Positions 51,300-61,802 are shown, counted from the first letter of the stretch. The stretch is 64,000 nt of DNA from an uncultured Gemmatimonadota bacterium (GCA_964607465.1 CAZSKS010000003.1:7818-71817); one strand, 5' to 3'. A program made the numbers and translations. Notes: a model not told the origin generated them from the sequence alone.

Positions 51300-53384
51300 A
51301 TGACCGGACGGGCGACGGCGGCGGGGCTGGCGACGATCGTGCTGGCGCTGGCCGCCGCGGCGCCCGTCGAGGGCCGGGCCGCGACCGGGGACGCCCCGGG
51401 GCAGATGGACCCCCCGGCCGCGATGTCTGCGGAAAGCCGGCGCGCGCCGTCTGCCCAGGGCCAGGCCGCGCAGGAGGGGGCGGCGGACGCCACGCCCGAG
51501 CTCGCCGCCCCGAACGTGATCCTGCGGAACGCGGCGTTCGACCTCGAGGTCCGGCGACCGGAGGGCGAGGGCGCCCCACTGCCCTACCGCCTGGTGACGG
51601 CCTCCGGGCGGGAGCTGGCCGCCGGCGAGCTGGCGCCCGGTGACGTCGCCGCGGTGGAGGACGTGACCCTGGCCTCCGCCGACGAGCTCCCCCTGTCGCT
51701 GGTGGCCGGGGACGCGGACCGCCCGGTCGCCTCGGCCGACCCGCCCTTCCTGCCCGGCTGGATCAGCCTCCTCCCTCCCCTCCTGGCCATCGCCCTGGCG
51801 CTGGTCTTCCGGGAGGTGGTGATCTCCCTCTTCCTGGGCGTGTGGCTCGGGGCCTTCTTCTACGCCGGCCTCGACCCGGTGGCCGCCCTGTGGCGGAGCA
51901 TCGACCGCTTCGCCGTGCCGGCCCTGGCCGACGCCGACCACGCGGCCATCATCGTCTTCTCCCTGCTCCTGGGCGGCATGGTCGGGGTGATGGCGAAATC
52001 CGGTGGCACCCGGGGGATCGTCCAGGCATTGCGGCCCGTGGCCACCACGCCGCGACGGGCACAGCTGGCCACCTACCTCTCCGGCCTGGGGATCTTCTTC
52101 GACGACTACGCCAACACGCTCATCGTGGGCAACACGATGCGGCCCATCACCGACGCCATGCGGGTGTCCAGGGAGAAGCTGGCCTACATCGTGGACTCCA
52201 CGGCCGCCCCGATCTCCGCCATCGTCTTCGTCTCCACCTGGGTGGGCTTCGAGATCTCCCTCATCGGCGACGGACTGCAGATCGCCGCCGGCCAGGCGGC
52301 GACCTCACCGGAGATGGCCGCCGAGCTGGCGGCCGCCAACCCGTTCACGGTGTTCATCCACAGCATCCCCTATCTCTTCTATCCCATCCTGGCCCTGATC
52401 ATGGTGGGGCTGGTGATCTGGACCCAGCGCGACTTCGGCCCCATGTGGGCGGCGGAGAACCGGGCCAGTCGGGGTGACGGGCTGTATCGGGAGGGCGCCA
52501 TGCTGATGTCGGACACCTCCGGCGGGGCCATGGACCCGAAGGAGGGGGCGCCGGAGCGCTGGTACAACGCCGCGCTGCCGGTGCTCACCGTCATCTTCGT
52601 GGTGCTGGGCGGGCTCTACTTCGGCGGCCGGGCCCAGGCCGGCGCCGGGGCGGACCTGTGGTCGGTGTTCGGGGCGGCCGATCCCTTCGCCGCCCTGCTC
52701 TGGGGCTCGCTGGCCGGCTGCGTGGTGGCCATCCTCCTGTCGGTGGGCCAGCGGATCCTCGATCCCCGGGAGGCCATCGAGGCGTGGCTCGGAGGTCTGC
52801 GGGCCATGGTGCTGGCGGCGGTGATCCTGGTGCTGGCCTGGTCGCTGAGCGAGGTGACGGAGGTGCTGGGCACCGCCTCCTACCTGGCGGGGGCGCTGAG
52901 CGAGGCCCTCCCCATCTTCCTGCTGCCGGTCCTCACCTTCGTCACCGGAGCGGCCATCGCCTTCGCCACCGGCACGTCCTGGGGCACCATGGCCATCCTG
53001 CTGCCCATCGTCATCCCGCTGGCCGTCTCCCTGGGGGGCGGGATCGACTTCGAGGGCGGCGCCCGCTACACCGTGCTGCTGGGGAGCATCAGCGCCGTCA
53101 TGGCCGGTGCCATCTGGGGGGACCACTGCTCGCCCATCTCCGACACCACGGTGATGAGCTCCATGGGAACCGCGTGCGACCACATGGACCACGTCCGCAC
53201 CCAGCTGCCCTACGCGCTGGTGGTGGGCGTCGTGGCGATGGCCGTGGGCGACGTGCCCACCGCGCTGGGGATGTCGCCGTGGATCAGCTACGCGGTGGGG
53301 GCCGCCATCCTCTTCCTCGTGCTCCGCTTCCTGGGGCGGTACGACCACGAGTCGCCGCAGTGGGGGGAGGAGCCCGCCGGCTGA
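51300..53384 (+). CDS. Na+/H+ antiporter NhaC-family protein with an N-terminal extension of about 150 aa
   Basis: 694 aa. The NhaC core runs from about residue 160. The N-terminus has a signal-like segment and an A/E/P-rich domain. AAAGGGA RBS. Confidence 0.8.
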   Translation: MTGRATAAGLATIVLALAAAAPVEGRAATGDAPGQMDPPAAMSAESRRAPSAQGQAAQEGAADATPELAAPNVILRNAAFDLEVRRPEGEGAPLPYRLVTASGRELAAGELAPGDVAAVEDVTLASADELPLSLVAGDADRPVASADPPFLPGWISLLPPLLAIALALVFREVVISLFLGVWLGAFFYAGLDPVAALWRSIDRFAVPALADADHAAIIVFSLLLGGMVGVMAKSGGTRGIVQALRPVATTPRRAQLATYLSGLGIFFDDYANTLIVGNTMRPITDAMRVSREKLAYIVDSTAAPISAIVFVSTWVGFEISLIGDGLQIAAGQAATSPEMAAELAAANPFTVFIHSIPYLFYPILALIMVGLVIWTQRDFGPMWAAENRASRGDGLYREGAMLMSDTSGGAMDPKEGAPERWYNAALPVLTVIFVVLGGLYFGGRAQAGAGADLWSVFGAADPFAALLWGSLAGCVVAILLSVGQRILDPREAIEAWLGGLRAMVLAAVILVLAWSLSEVTEVLGTASYLAGALSEALPIFLLPVLTFVTGAAIAFATGTSWGTMAILLPIVIPLAVSLGGGIDFEGGARYTVLLGSISAVMAGAIWGDHCSPISDTTVMSSMGTACDHMDHVRTQLPYALVVGVVAMAVGDVPTALGMSPWISYAVGAAILFLVLRFLGRYDHESPQWGEEPAG

Positions 53385-53419
53385 GACGCCCGCCCGGACG
53401 TCGGGCCCCGCGGGCGCGG

Positions 53420-53475
53420 TTGACGGGGCGTTGACGAGGCGTTGACGGAGCGGTTGACGGGGCGTTGACGGGACG
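53420..53475. repeat. Five head-to-tail direct repeats GTTGACG(R)RRGC with 11-12 bp period
   Basis: GTTGACGGGGC, GTTGACGAGGC, GTTGACGGAGCG, GTTGACGGGGC, GTTGACGGGAC, read directly from the sequence. Confidence 0.6.
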
Positions 53476-53492
53476 TCTCCGCGGAGACGTCG
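53473..53492. repeat. Perfect 20-bp palindrome GACGTCTCCGCGGAGACGTC abutting the repeat array
   Basis: Its reverse complement is identical. A relatively AT-rich island ccatccgtggaagtaatcgatggatatgatggatggatag follows at 53527-53566. Confidence 0.6.
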
Positions 53493-53605
53493 GGGGGCGG
53501 TCACGACCCGTCCGGCTTCCTCTTTCCATCCGTGGAAGTAATCGATGGATATGATGGATGGATAGAGGGTCTCCGGAGGGAGGCGATCTGACTCGCCCCA
53601 CCGCT

Positions 53606-53989
53606 CTATCTCAGGCGCCGGCCCACTTCCCGGGCCCGTCGCCGGCGCTCGTTGAGCCGGCCCACCAGCACCTGGTTCCACACGGCGGCACCGGCCAGCA
53701 GCGCCACCCCGGCCCACGCCACCGGCGCCAGGGTCCAGAAGCCCCCCAGCACCAGGGCCGCGGCGATCCAGGTCAGCCGCACCGGCCACGGGTTGCGGTG
53801 GTAGGTCCGGTCGTAGCCCAGCGTCCAGATGACGAGGCCGACGAAGCCGACGAAGAAGGGCACCAGCACGGCGACCTTCAGGAAGAAGTCGAGCCCCAGG
53901 AAGCGCACGATCTCCAGCGCCGCCTCCACCTCCAGGAGGCAGAGGGCGACGAAGAGGCTCGCGACGGGCGACCACTTGTCGGTGTGCAT
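53606..53989 (-). CDS. Hypothetical small membrane protein
   Basis: 127 aa with 3-4 predicted TM helices. GGGAGGTG RBS 5 nt before the ATG. Confidence 0.45.
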   Translation of the reverse strand: MHTDKWSPVASLFVALCLLEVEAALEIVRFLGLDFFLKVAVLVPFFVGFVGLVIWTLGYDRTYHRNPWPVRLTWIAAALVLGGFWTLAPVAWAGVALLAGAAVWNQVLVGRLNERRRRAREVGRRLR

Positions 53990-54080
53990 CGTTCACCTCC
54001 CGGTGTCCCTGACGGTGCCCGGCGGCGACACCGCGCCGTCGTCGCGGGCGGGTACGGTGACGACCGGCGGGCGGCCCGGC

Positions 54081-55055
54081 TCAGCGGCCGGCCGGCGGCG
54101 CCACCGGGGTCGTCGGCTCCTCTCCCTCCAGCACGCGCCGGACGTTCTCCGCCGCCAGCTCCCACATGCCGCGTCGGGCGCGGCGCGTTGCGCTCCCCAG
54201 GTGGGGGAGCACGAAGCAGCGGGGATGCAGACGCAGGCGCTCGGGAATCTCTGGCTCCTCCGGGTACACGTCCAGCCCGGCCGCCGCCAGGGGGCCCTCG
54301 TCCAGGGCGTCGGCCAGGGCCCCGGGCTCCACCAGCTCGCCCCGGCCGGTGTTGACCAGCACCGAGCCCTCGGGCATCCGCGCCAGCTCGGCCGCCCCCA
54401 GCAGGCCCCGGGTCTCCGGGGTGAGGGGGAGGTGCACCGAGACCACGTCCGACGCCTCCAGGGTCTCCGCCAGCGATCCGGCCCGGCGGGCGTCGACCTC
54501 CCGCTCCAGCCGGCGGCTCCGGGACCGGCTCCAGTAGACGACCTCCATCCCGAAGCCCGGAGCCCGGCGGGCGGCCGCCGATCCGATGCGTCCGGCGCCC
54601 AGGATCCCCAGCGTGCGGTCCTCCAGGGCGAGCCCCCGGAGCTGGTCCGGACGCCAGCCCTCCCACCGGCCCGAGGCGGCCAGCTCCAGCCCCTCCCGCA
54701 GGCGGCGGGCGGCGGCCAGGATCAGGGCCCACGTCAGGTCGGCGGTGCTCTCGGTGAGGACGTCCGGCGTATGGGTCACCGCCACGCCCCGGCGGACCGC
54801 CGCCCCGACGTCGACGTTGTCGTGGCCCACCGCGTAGTTGGCCACCACCCGCAGGGACGGCAGGCGGTCCAGCTCCTCGGGGCCGACGGTACGGGAGAGG
54901 AGAGGGATCAGGGCGACCGCCCGGTCGGTGGCCGGCAGGGGCTCGTCGGCGGGGAGGAAGACGGTCGAGCGGCCGCCGGGCCACGAGGGGGCGTCGCCGG
55001 CGAGCGGCTTCAGCTCCTCGGCCACCAGGACGATCTCGTCAGCGCCCCCATTCAT
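54081..55055 (-). CDS. D-isomer-specific 2-hydroxyacid dehydrogenase (glyoxylate/hydroxypyruvate reductase-like)
   Basis: NAD motif GILGAGRIGSAAARR with catalytic R/E/H positions typical of the family. Confidence 0.8.
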   Translation of the reverse strand: MNGGADEIVLVAEELKPLAGDAPSWPGGRSTVFLPADEPLPATDRAVALIPLLSRTVGPEELDRLPSLRVVANYAVGHDNVDVGAAVRRGVAVTHTPDVLTESTADLTWALILAAARRLREGLELAASGRWEGWRPDQLRGLALEDRTLGILGAGRIGSAAARRAPGFGMEVVYWSRSRSRRLEREVDARRAGSLAETLEASDVVSVHLPLTPETRGLLGAAELARMPEGSVLVNTGRGELVEPGALADALDEGPLAAAGLDVYPEEPEIPERLRLHPRCFVLPHLGSATRRARRGMWELAAENVRRVLEGEEPTTPVAPPAGR

Positions 55056-55166
55056 GGCGGGCGCTCCTCCCCGCTCATGGACGCGCCACCGCGGTCGGCG
55101 CCCCGCTCGGGCGCCCCGCCCCGCTCACCGGCGCTCCGACCCCACGCGGCACCTGCGACCGTCGCC

Positions 55167-55595
55167 TCACCGCCGCTCCCGGAAGAAGTCGCGCAGCAGC
55201 TCGCCGGCCTCCTCGGCCCTCACCCCCGGGATGACCTCGGCCCGGTGGTTGAGCCGCTCGTCCCGCACCAGGTCCTCCAGGGAGCCGCACATGCCGCCCC
55301 TCGGGTCCGCTGCCCCGTACACCAGGCGCGGCACCCGGGCCAGGACGACGGCTCCGGCGCACATGGCGCAGGGCTCCAGCGTCACGTAGAGGGTGTGGCC
55401 CTCCAGCCGGAAGTCCCCCTGGCGGCGGGCGGCCTCCCGCAGCACCAGCACCTCGGCATGGGCGGTGGGATCGGAGAGCTCCCGGGTGCGGTTGTGGTCC
55501 TCCACGGTCGAGCCGTCGGGCGTCACCAGCACCGCCCCCACGGGCACCTCGCCTCGGCCGGCGGCCCGGCGGGCCAGCTCCAGGGCCCGCTCCAT
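55167..55595 (-). CDS. tadA: tRNA adenosine(34) deaminase
   Basis: CDA motifs HAEVLVLREA and PCAMCAGA. An alternative start 16 codons upstream is possible. Confidence 0.8.
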   Translation of the reverse strand: MERALELARRAAGRGEVPVGAVLVTPDGSTVEDHNRTRELSDPTAHAEVLVLREAARRQGDFRLEGHTLYVTLEPCAMCAGAVVLARVPRLVYGAADPRGGMCGSLEDLVRDERLNHRAEVIPGVRAEEAGELLRDFFRERR

Positions 55596-55645
55596 GCAGC
55601 GGTGATCCTCGGCGGGCGGTGCCGGCGCGGTGTCGGACCCCATCC

Positions 55646-57079
55646 TCAGGCCGGCGAGCCGGCCCGGAGGTGCTCCACGGCGTCCTCGATTCGGCGGAGG
55701 GTGCGCTGCGGTCCCATCAGGTGGAGCACGGTGAAGATGCCGGGGCTCACGGCCACCCCCATGAGCGCCACCCGGAGGGGATGGATCAGCTTCCCGGCCC
55801 CCTCGTCCCGTCGGTCGGCCAGGGCCCGGAGCTCGCTCTCCAGCGGCTCGGGATCCCAGTCCTCGACCGTCGAAAAGACTTCCGCCAGGGCCTCCAGGCG
55901 CTCGGCCGCGGCGGCCGGATCGTCCCAGAAGCGCTCGACGGCCTCCTCCTCGTAGGTGATGGCCTCGGCGAAGAACGGCCGCACCTGGTCGGCCAGGGCC
56001 CGGACCGTCCGGGGGCGCTCCTTCACCGCGTCCAGGACGGCGAGGAAGCGCTCCCGCTCGTCCAGGATCGTCCGGGGGTCGAGGCCGTCCTCGGCCAGCT
56101 GCTCCAGTACGGGATCGGCCAGCCGCTCGGGCGAGGAGCGCACGATGTGCTGCCCGTTCAGCCATCGGAGCTTCTCGGCGTCGAACACGGCGCTCTTCTT
56201 CAGCACCCGGTCCAGGCCGAAGGCCTCCACCAGCTCGTCCCGGTCCATGACCTCCCGCTCGTCCCCCGGCGACCAGCCCAGCAGCGCCAGGAAGTTGACC
56301 ATGGCCTCCGGCAGGATCCCCTCCTCCCGGAAGGCCTCCACCGACGCCGCGCCGTGGCGCTTCGAGAGGCGCCTGCCGTCGGGCCCGTGGATCATGGGGA
56401 CGTGGGCGAAGGTGGGGAGCTCCTCGTCAAGCCCCCGGTAGATGAGGATCTGCTTGGGGGTGTTGGACAGGTGGTCGTCGCCCCGGATGACGTGGGTGAT
56501 CCCGGCGTCCAGGTCGTCGGACACGACGGCCAGGTTGTAGACGGGCGTGCCGTCGGAGCGGAGCAGGACGAAGTCCTCGATGCTGTCGTTGGGGAACGAG
56601 GTGGGCCCGTGCACGGCGTCGTCCCACGCCGTCTCCCCCTCCGGCACCGCGAAGCGGATCGCATGGTCCTCGCCGTCGGCCGCCCGGCGCGCGGATGCCT
56701 CGTCGGAGAGCCGCCGGCAGCCGGAGGCGCAGCCGCCCACCGCCCCCGCCTCGTCCTCCTGCTCCAGCTCCGCGGGGCAGAAGCAGCGGTAGGCGTGGCC
56801 CGCCTGGAGGAGCCGGGCGACGTCGTCCCGGTGGCGCTCCACGCCGTCGGCCTGGTGGTGCGGCCCCTCGTCCACCTCGAGCCCCAGCCAGTCCAGCGCG
56901 TCCAGGATGGCGCGGGTCATCTCCGGGCTGGAGCGCTCCCGGTCGGTGTCCTCGATGCGCAGCACGAAGGTGCCGTCGCGACCGCGGGCGAAGAGCCAGT
57001 TGAAGAGCGCGGTCCGGGCGCCGCCCACGTGGAGGTGGCCGGTGGGGCTCGGGGCGAAGCGTACTCTGGGTCCGTCCAT
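55646..57079 (-). CDS. gltX: Glutamate--tRNA ligase
   Basis: Motifs RFAPSPTGHLHVGGARTALFNWLFAR (HIGH) and RRLSKRHG (KMSKS). ATG at 57077-57079. Confidence 0.9.
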   Translation of the reverse strand: MDGPRVRFAPSPTGHLHVGGARTALFNWLFARGRDGTFVLRIEDTDRERSSPEMTRAILDALDWLGLEVDEGPHHQADGVERHRDDVARLLQAGHAYRCFCPAELEQEDEAGAVGGCASGCRRLSDEASARRAADGEDHAIRFAVPEGETAWDDAVHGPTSFPNDSIEDFVLLRSDGTPVYNLAVVSDDLDAGITHVIRGDDHLSNTPKQILIYRGLDEELPTFAHVPMIHGPDGRRLSKRHGAASVEAFREEGILPEAMVNFLALLGWSPGDEREVMDRDELVEAFGLDRVLKKSAVFDAEKLRWLNGQHIVRSSPERLADPVLEQLAEDGLDPRTILDERERFLAVLDAVKERPRTVRALADQVRPFFAEAITYEEEAVERFWDDPAAAAERLEALAEVFSTVEDWDPEPLESELRALADRRDEGAGKLIHPLRVALMGVAVSPGIFTVLHLMGPQRTLRRIEDAVEHLRAGSPA

Positions 57080-57373
57080 GCCGCTCCCGTGGGTGTGGGG
57101 GTTCGCCTGCCGTGGCCGGCGTCGGGCCGGCGGAGCTCGGGGGCGGGCCGGGATCCCGTCCCGGACCCTTTTCCCGGGGTCCGGCAGGACGCGGCCGCCC
57201 GCGCGGTTGGCGCGAAAAAGACGTGCCATGGCGGCGGCGCTTCTCCGGGGCCCTCGTCGGCTCCTATCTTGCACCGGGAAGCGCAGCGGGTCGGTCCCCG
57301 CGGGCCGGCCCGCCCGTCACGGTCCCCGGCGCCGTAGGCCCGGGGCGATCCGCTCACCAGCGGGAGCGACGCC

Positions 57374-58669
57374 ATGGCCTCCGAGCGAGACCTCTACGTG
57401 CTTCCGGGCCTCCGCAGCCCCTTCGCGAAGATCGACCGCGAGCTGGCCGAGCGGAACGGCCTCCAGCTCTCGGTGCCCGTGGTGCAGCAGACCGTGGCCG
57501 GCCCGCGGGGGCCGGGACGCGACCGGGCCGGCGACGTGGACCTGGTGCTGTGGGGCTCGGTGATCCCGGACCTCCGGATCAGCAACTGGGGGCGGGAGGT
57601 GTGGCTGGAGACGGGCCTGGACCGGCACGTGCCCGCCCAGAACGTCTCCCAGGCCTGCGGCACCAGCCTGGCGGCGGCCACCCACGCGGCCGGCCAGATC
57701 GAGGCGGGCAGGGCCGACCTGGTCCTGTGCGGCGGCGTGGAGTCCATGACCTGGACGGACCTGGGCCTCTCCCCCGGGCTGAGCCGGAGCCTTCGCCGGG
57801 CGGGACGGGCGGGCGGCCCCCTGGCGGCGCTCGGGAGCCTGGCGGAGCTGCGGCCGCGGGACCTGAAGCTCCACGTCCCCGGCGCCTCCGAGCGCACCAC
57901 GGGCCTGACCATGGGGGAGCACGCCGAGCTGATGGCCCGGGAGTGGGACGTGGCCCGGAGCGAGCAGGACCGGCTGGCCCTGCAGAGTCACCGGAAGGCG
58001 GTGCGGGCCGCCGGGGAAGGCTTCTTCCGCGACCTGCTGGTGGCCCCGGGGACCTTCGCCGTGGACGGCGACGCCCTGCCCCGGCCCGACACCTCCCTGG
58101 ACCGGCTGGCCGCCCTGCCCCCCTCCTTCGACCGGGAGACGGGCACGCTGACCGCCGGCAACTCGACGCCCCTCACCGACGGCGCGGCCGCCGTGTGGAT
58201 GGCCAGCGGGGCCGGCGCGGACCGCCTGCCGGGGGAGCTCCCCCGGGTCCGGCTCCTGGACTGGGAGCAGGCCGCCGTCGACCCGGAGTCGGAGGGCCTG
58301 TTGATGGCGCCGACCCTGGCCGTGCCCCGCCTGCTGGCCCGCCACGACCTGGGCTACGACGACGTGGCGCTGTGGGAGATCCACGAGGCCTTCGCGGCCC
58401 AGGTGCTGTGCACCTACGCGGCCCTGGAGGACCGGGACTGGCTGCGCGAGAAGGCGGGCGTGGACGCCGACCTCGGCGAGGTCCCCCGCGACCGGGTGAA
58501 CCCCAACGGCGGCAGCGTGGCCCTGGGCCACCCCTTCGGCGCCACCGGCGCCCGCATCCTCTCCCAGGCCGCCAGGGAGCTGGCCGGGGAGCCGGCCGGC
58601 ACCCTGGGGATCGTCAGCATCTGCGCGGCGGGCGGCCTGGGCCACGTCGCGCTGCTGGAGGCGGTCTAG
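57374..58669 (+). CDS. Acetyl-CoA C-acyltransferase (thiolase)
   Basis: Active-site region VSQACGTSLAAATHAAGQIEAG and C-terminal GHPFGATGAR ... CAAGGLG. Confidence 0.85.
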   Translation: MASERDLYVLPGLRSPFAKIDRELAERNGLQLSVPVVQQTVAGPRGPGRDRAGDVDLVLWGSVIPDLRISNWGREVWLETGLDRHVPAQNVSQACGTSLAAATHAAGQIEAGRADLVLCGGVESMTWTDLGLSPGLSRSLRRAGRAGGPLAALGSLAELRPRDLKLHVPGASERTTGLTMGEHAELMAREWDVARSEQDRLALQSHRKAVRAAGEGFFRDLLVAPGTFAVDGDALPRPDTSLDRLAALPPSFDRETGTLTAGNSTPLTDGAAAVWMASGAGADRLPGELPRVRLLDWEQAAVDPESEGLLMAPTLAVPRLLARHDLGYDDVALWEIHEAFAAQVLCTYAALEDRDWLREKAGVDADLGEVPRDRVNPNGGSVALGHPFGATGARILSQAARELAGEPAGTLGIVSICAAGGLGHVALLEAV

Positions 58670-59664
58670 GCTCGGCCCTCCGCCGCCGCACGACCCTCCG
58701 CAGCCACCGGAGTAGCCGCCTCCGTGCGGGACGCCGGGCCGGTCCACGTGTCGACCGGCTCGCGTCCGAGCCGCACGGCCAGCACCACCAGCGCCGCCCA
58801 CAGGGCCGTGCCCACGGCCAGGTGCACGGCCTGGAGGGCCTCGGGGAGGTGGCTCAGGACCAGGGCGGCGCCCACGGCCACCTGGCCCAGCGTGAGCCCG
58901 GCGACGATCCACGCCCACCGGCGGGCCGGCCCGTCCTCCGGGCGCCGGCGTCGCACCCAGAAGGGGAGCGCCAGGGCCCAGCCGGCCAGGCCGTAGGCCG
59001 CCAGCCGGTGGGTCCAGTGCAGGTGGACGCCCGGCGCCCCGGCGGGGAGGAGCTGGCCGTTGCACAGGGGGAAGCCCTGGCAGGCCGGCGCGGCCCCCAG
59101 GTTGGCCACCAGCGCCCCCAGCAGCACCACGGCGAAGCCACCCGCCGCCGTCCACCAGCCCACCCGCGAGGCGGTGTCCCGGGCCGGCCGGCGCGAGTCC
59201 GCCAGCGCCCGGGCCGCGCCCGCCACCAGGACGCCCAGCAGCGCCATGGCCGTCCCCAGGTGGAGGATGACGGTCCACGGCGGCAGCTCCAGGCGCACCG
59301 TCACCGCCCCCAGCAGGACCTGGACGACGAGGAGCGCCAGGGCCGCCGCCGCCAGCGTCCGCCAGGGACGGAAGGCCTGGCCCCGGCCCGGCCACCAGGC
59401 GTGAGCGGCGACGCCCGCCACCAGGAGCCCCACCAGCGCGGCCACCATCCGGTGGCTCCACTCGATGAAGGTCTCCAGGTCGAACAGGGGCACGAGCCGG
59501 CCGTTGCACAGCGGCCAGTCCGGACCGCAGCCCATGCCGCTGCCCGTGATCCGGACGACGCCGCCCAGCACGATCAGCAGGTAGGCCAGGACGGCCGTCC
59601 CGAGGGCCAGCCGCCCCCACCGGCGGCTCGCGTCGCCCCCCTCTCCTCCTCGCTCTGGCTCCAC
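58666..59664 (-). CDS. ctaA: Heme A synthase (CtaA/COX15 family)
   Basis: Motif GSGMGCGPDWPLCNG and a second CQGFPLCNG; 8 TM. The start is uncertain. It is placed at an internal GTG because the track start lies only 15 nt from the divergent ABC gene. Confidence 0.65.
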   Translation of the reverse strand: MEPERGGEGGDASRRWGRLALGTAVLAYLLIVLGGVVRITGSGMGCGPDWPLCNGRLVPLFDLETFIEWSHRMVAALVGLLVAGVAAHAWWPGRGQAFRPWRTLAAAALALLVVQVLLGAVTVRLELPPWTVILHLGTAMALLGVLVAGAARALADSRRPARDTASRVGWWTAAGGFAVVLLGALVANLGAAPACQGFPLCNGQLLPAGAPGVHLHWTHRLAAYGLAGWALALPFWVRRRRPEDGPARRWAWIVAGLTLGQVAVGAALVLSHLPEALQAVHLAVGTALWAALVVLAVRLGREPVDTWTGPASRTEAATPVAAEGRAAAEGRA

Positions 59665-59918
59665 GGCTCCGTCTGCCTCCGGCCTGGTCTCGTACGACTG
59701 CGACGTGGTCGTGTCCGCTTCCGACGTTGTTTCCGCGGCTTCCGACGCGGTTGCGTCCCCCGCGGGCCGGATGCGAACTTGGGCCGGCCGCCCGGCGCCC
59801 CGTCCGGGCGCCCGTCCCGGGGCGGCGAAGATAGGGGCGGCTCCCGGCCCCCGCCACGGGCCGTCCGGGCGCCGCGTTCCCGACGTCTCGCCCCCCGTCC
59901 GCATCGCCCGCGAGGAGG

Positions 59919-61700
59919 ATGAAGGAGCTGACCCGCAGGTTCTCGATCTTCGCCCTCCGGAGGCTGGCGCCCCGGCTCCGGCCGCACCTGCGGGAGCTGG
60001 GCGTGGCGGCTCTCTGTCTCTTCTTCAGCGCCGTCATCGGCCTCGCCTTCCCCGCGGTGGTCGGCCGGCAGATGGACGCGGCGTTCCTGGAGCAGAACCT
60101 GGGTCGGCTGGACCTCTTCGCCGTGGTCCTCCTCTCCCTCTTCGCCGTCCAGGCGGTGCTGAACTACCTCGAGGTGTACCTGCTCGGCGCCGTCTCCGAG
60201 CGGGTCATCACGGAGCTCCGCATCGACCTGTACGGGCATCTGCTCACCCTGTCGCCGGGCTTCTACGCCGAGGCCACCTCCGGCGAGCTCACCAGCCGGC
60301 TGGCCTCGGACTGCTCGACCCTGCAGAGCCTCCTCACCCACCAGGTCGGCGAGCTGCTGCGGCAGCTCCTCTACCTGGTCGGCGGCCTGAGCCTGCTGGC
60401 CTACCTCCACGGCCAGCTCATGGTCACCGTGCTGGTGGCCACGCCGGTGGTGGTGGCCCTGGCGTTCGGGGTGGGCCGCTACCTCCGGAGGCGGAGCACG
60501 GAGGTGCAGGACCGGATCGCCGAGGCCCACGGGGTCGCCGAGGAGGCCCTGGGCCAGATCCCGGTGGTGCAGAGCTTCGTGCGGGAGGAGTGGGAGCTCA
60601 CCCGCTACGTGACGCGCATCCGGGAGGCGCTGGACGCCGCCATCCGGCGGGCCCGGGCCCGGGGCGCCTTCTTCGGGGCCATCACCTTCCTGGCCTTCGG
60701 GGGCATCGTCGTCGTCCTGTGGCAGGGGGCCCGCCTGGTGGCCACCGGATCCATCTCGGCCGGCGAGCTCGTCCAGTTCCTCCTCTACTCGGTGCAGGTG
60801 GCGGCGGCGGTCACGGCCCTCGGGTCGGTGTGGAGCGGCTACCAGGAGGCCCAGGGGGCGGCCCGTCGCGTCTTCGACCTCATGGAGACCGAGCCCGACG
60901 TGCGGGAGCCCGAGGAGCCCGCGAGCCTGCCGTCCGACGGCCCGGGGGAGATCGTCTTCGAGGACGTCTGGTTCCGCTACGGTCCCGAGGAGCCCTGGGC
61001 GCTGCGGGAGGTCGACGTGAGGATCCGGCCCGGCGAGGTGGTGGCCCTGGTGGGGCCGAGCGGCGCCGGAAAGACCACTTTCACGCGGCTCGTGCCCCGC
61101 TTCTGGGACCCCACCCGGGGCCGCGTGACCATGTGGGGCCGGGACCTGCGGGAGCTGCCCCTGGCCGAGCTGCGGGGGAGGATCGGGATGGTGCCCCAGG
61201 ACCCCACGCTCTTCGCCGGCACCGTGGCCGAGAACATCCGGTACGGCGACCCGGGCGCCGATGCCACGGCGGTGGAGGCGGCGGCCCGGGCGGCCCACGC
61301 CCACGAGTTCGTGGAGACCCTGCCCGAGGGCTACGGGTCGGTGGTGGGCGAGCGGGGGGTCCGGCTCTCGGGCGGCCAGCGGCAGCGGATCGCCCTCGCC
61401 CGGGTGTTCCTGAAGGCACCCGGCGTCCTGCTGCTGGACGAGGCCACCAGCAGCCTGGACAGCGAGAGCGAGCGGCTGGTGGAGGAGGCCCTGGAGGCGC
61501 TGATGGAGGGGCGGACGACGCTCATCATCGCCCACCGGCTCAGCACCGTGCAGCGGGCCGACCGCCTGCTGGTGCTGGAGGGGGGCCGCGTCGTGGAGGA
61601 GGGATCGCACGAGGAGCTGCTGGCCCGGGACGGGCTGTACGCCCGGCTCTACCGGGGGCAGCTCCTGGAGCCGGAGCCGCAGGCCGGGCCGACGGGCTGA
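59919..61700 (+). CDS. ABC transporter, fused permease/ATP-binding exporter (MsbA-like)
   Basis: Six-TM domain, then Walker A GPSGAGKTT, signature LSGGQRQRIALAR and Walker B LLLDEATS. Confidence 0.85.
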   Translation: MKELTRRFSIFALRRLAPRLRPHLRELGVAALCLFFSAVIGLAFPAVVGRQMDAAFLEQNLGRLDLFAVVLLSLFAVQAVLNYLEVYLLGAVSERVITELRIDLYGHLLTLSPGFYAEATSGELTSRLASDCSTLQSLLTHQVGELLRQLLYLVGGLSLLAYLHGQLMVTVLVATPVVVALAFGVGRYLRRRSTEVQDRIAEAHGVAEEALGQIPVVQSFVREEWELTRYVTRIREALDAAIRRARARGAFFGAITFLAFGGIVVVLWQGARLVATGSISAGELVQFLLYSVQVAAAVTALGSVWSGYQEAQGAARRVFDLMETEPDVREPEEPASLPSDGPGEIVFEDVWFRYGPEEPWALREVDVRIRPGEVVALVGPSGAGKTTFTRLVPRFWDPTRGRVTMWGRDLRELPLAELRGRIGMVPQDPTLFAGTVAENIRYGDPGADATAVEAAARAAHAHEFVETLPEGYGSVVGERGVRLSGGQRQRIALARVFLKAPGVLLLDEATSSLDSESERLVEEALEALMEGRTTLIIAHRLSTVQRADRLLVLEGGRVVEEGSHEELLARDGLYARLYRGQLLEPEPQAGPTG

Positions 61701-61802
61701 GCGGGCTCCCGCATCCGGTGCGCGGGCCGCCGGGCCCGGACGTCGGCGGGGCGAGCGGGCTGAGCCGGCTCTCGGCCGGGGCGACGGGCCGGGCGGCCCG
61801 GC

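Noticed and set aside
53420-53475. TTGACG repeats as stacked sigma70 -35 boxes for a downstream gene
   Set aside because: Both flanking genes end here (convergent), so there is no co-oriented CDS to drive, and no -10 element follows at the right spacing.
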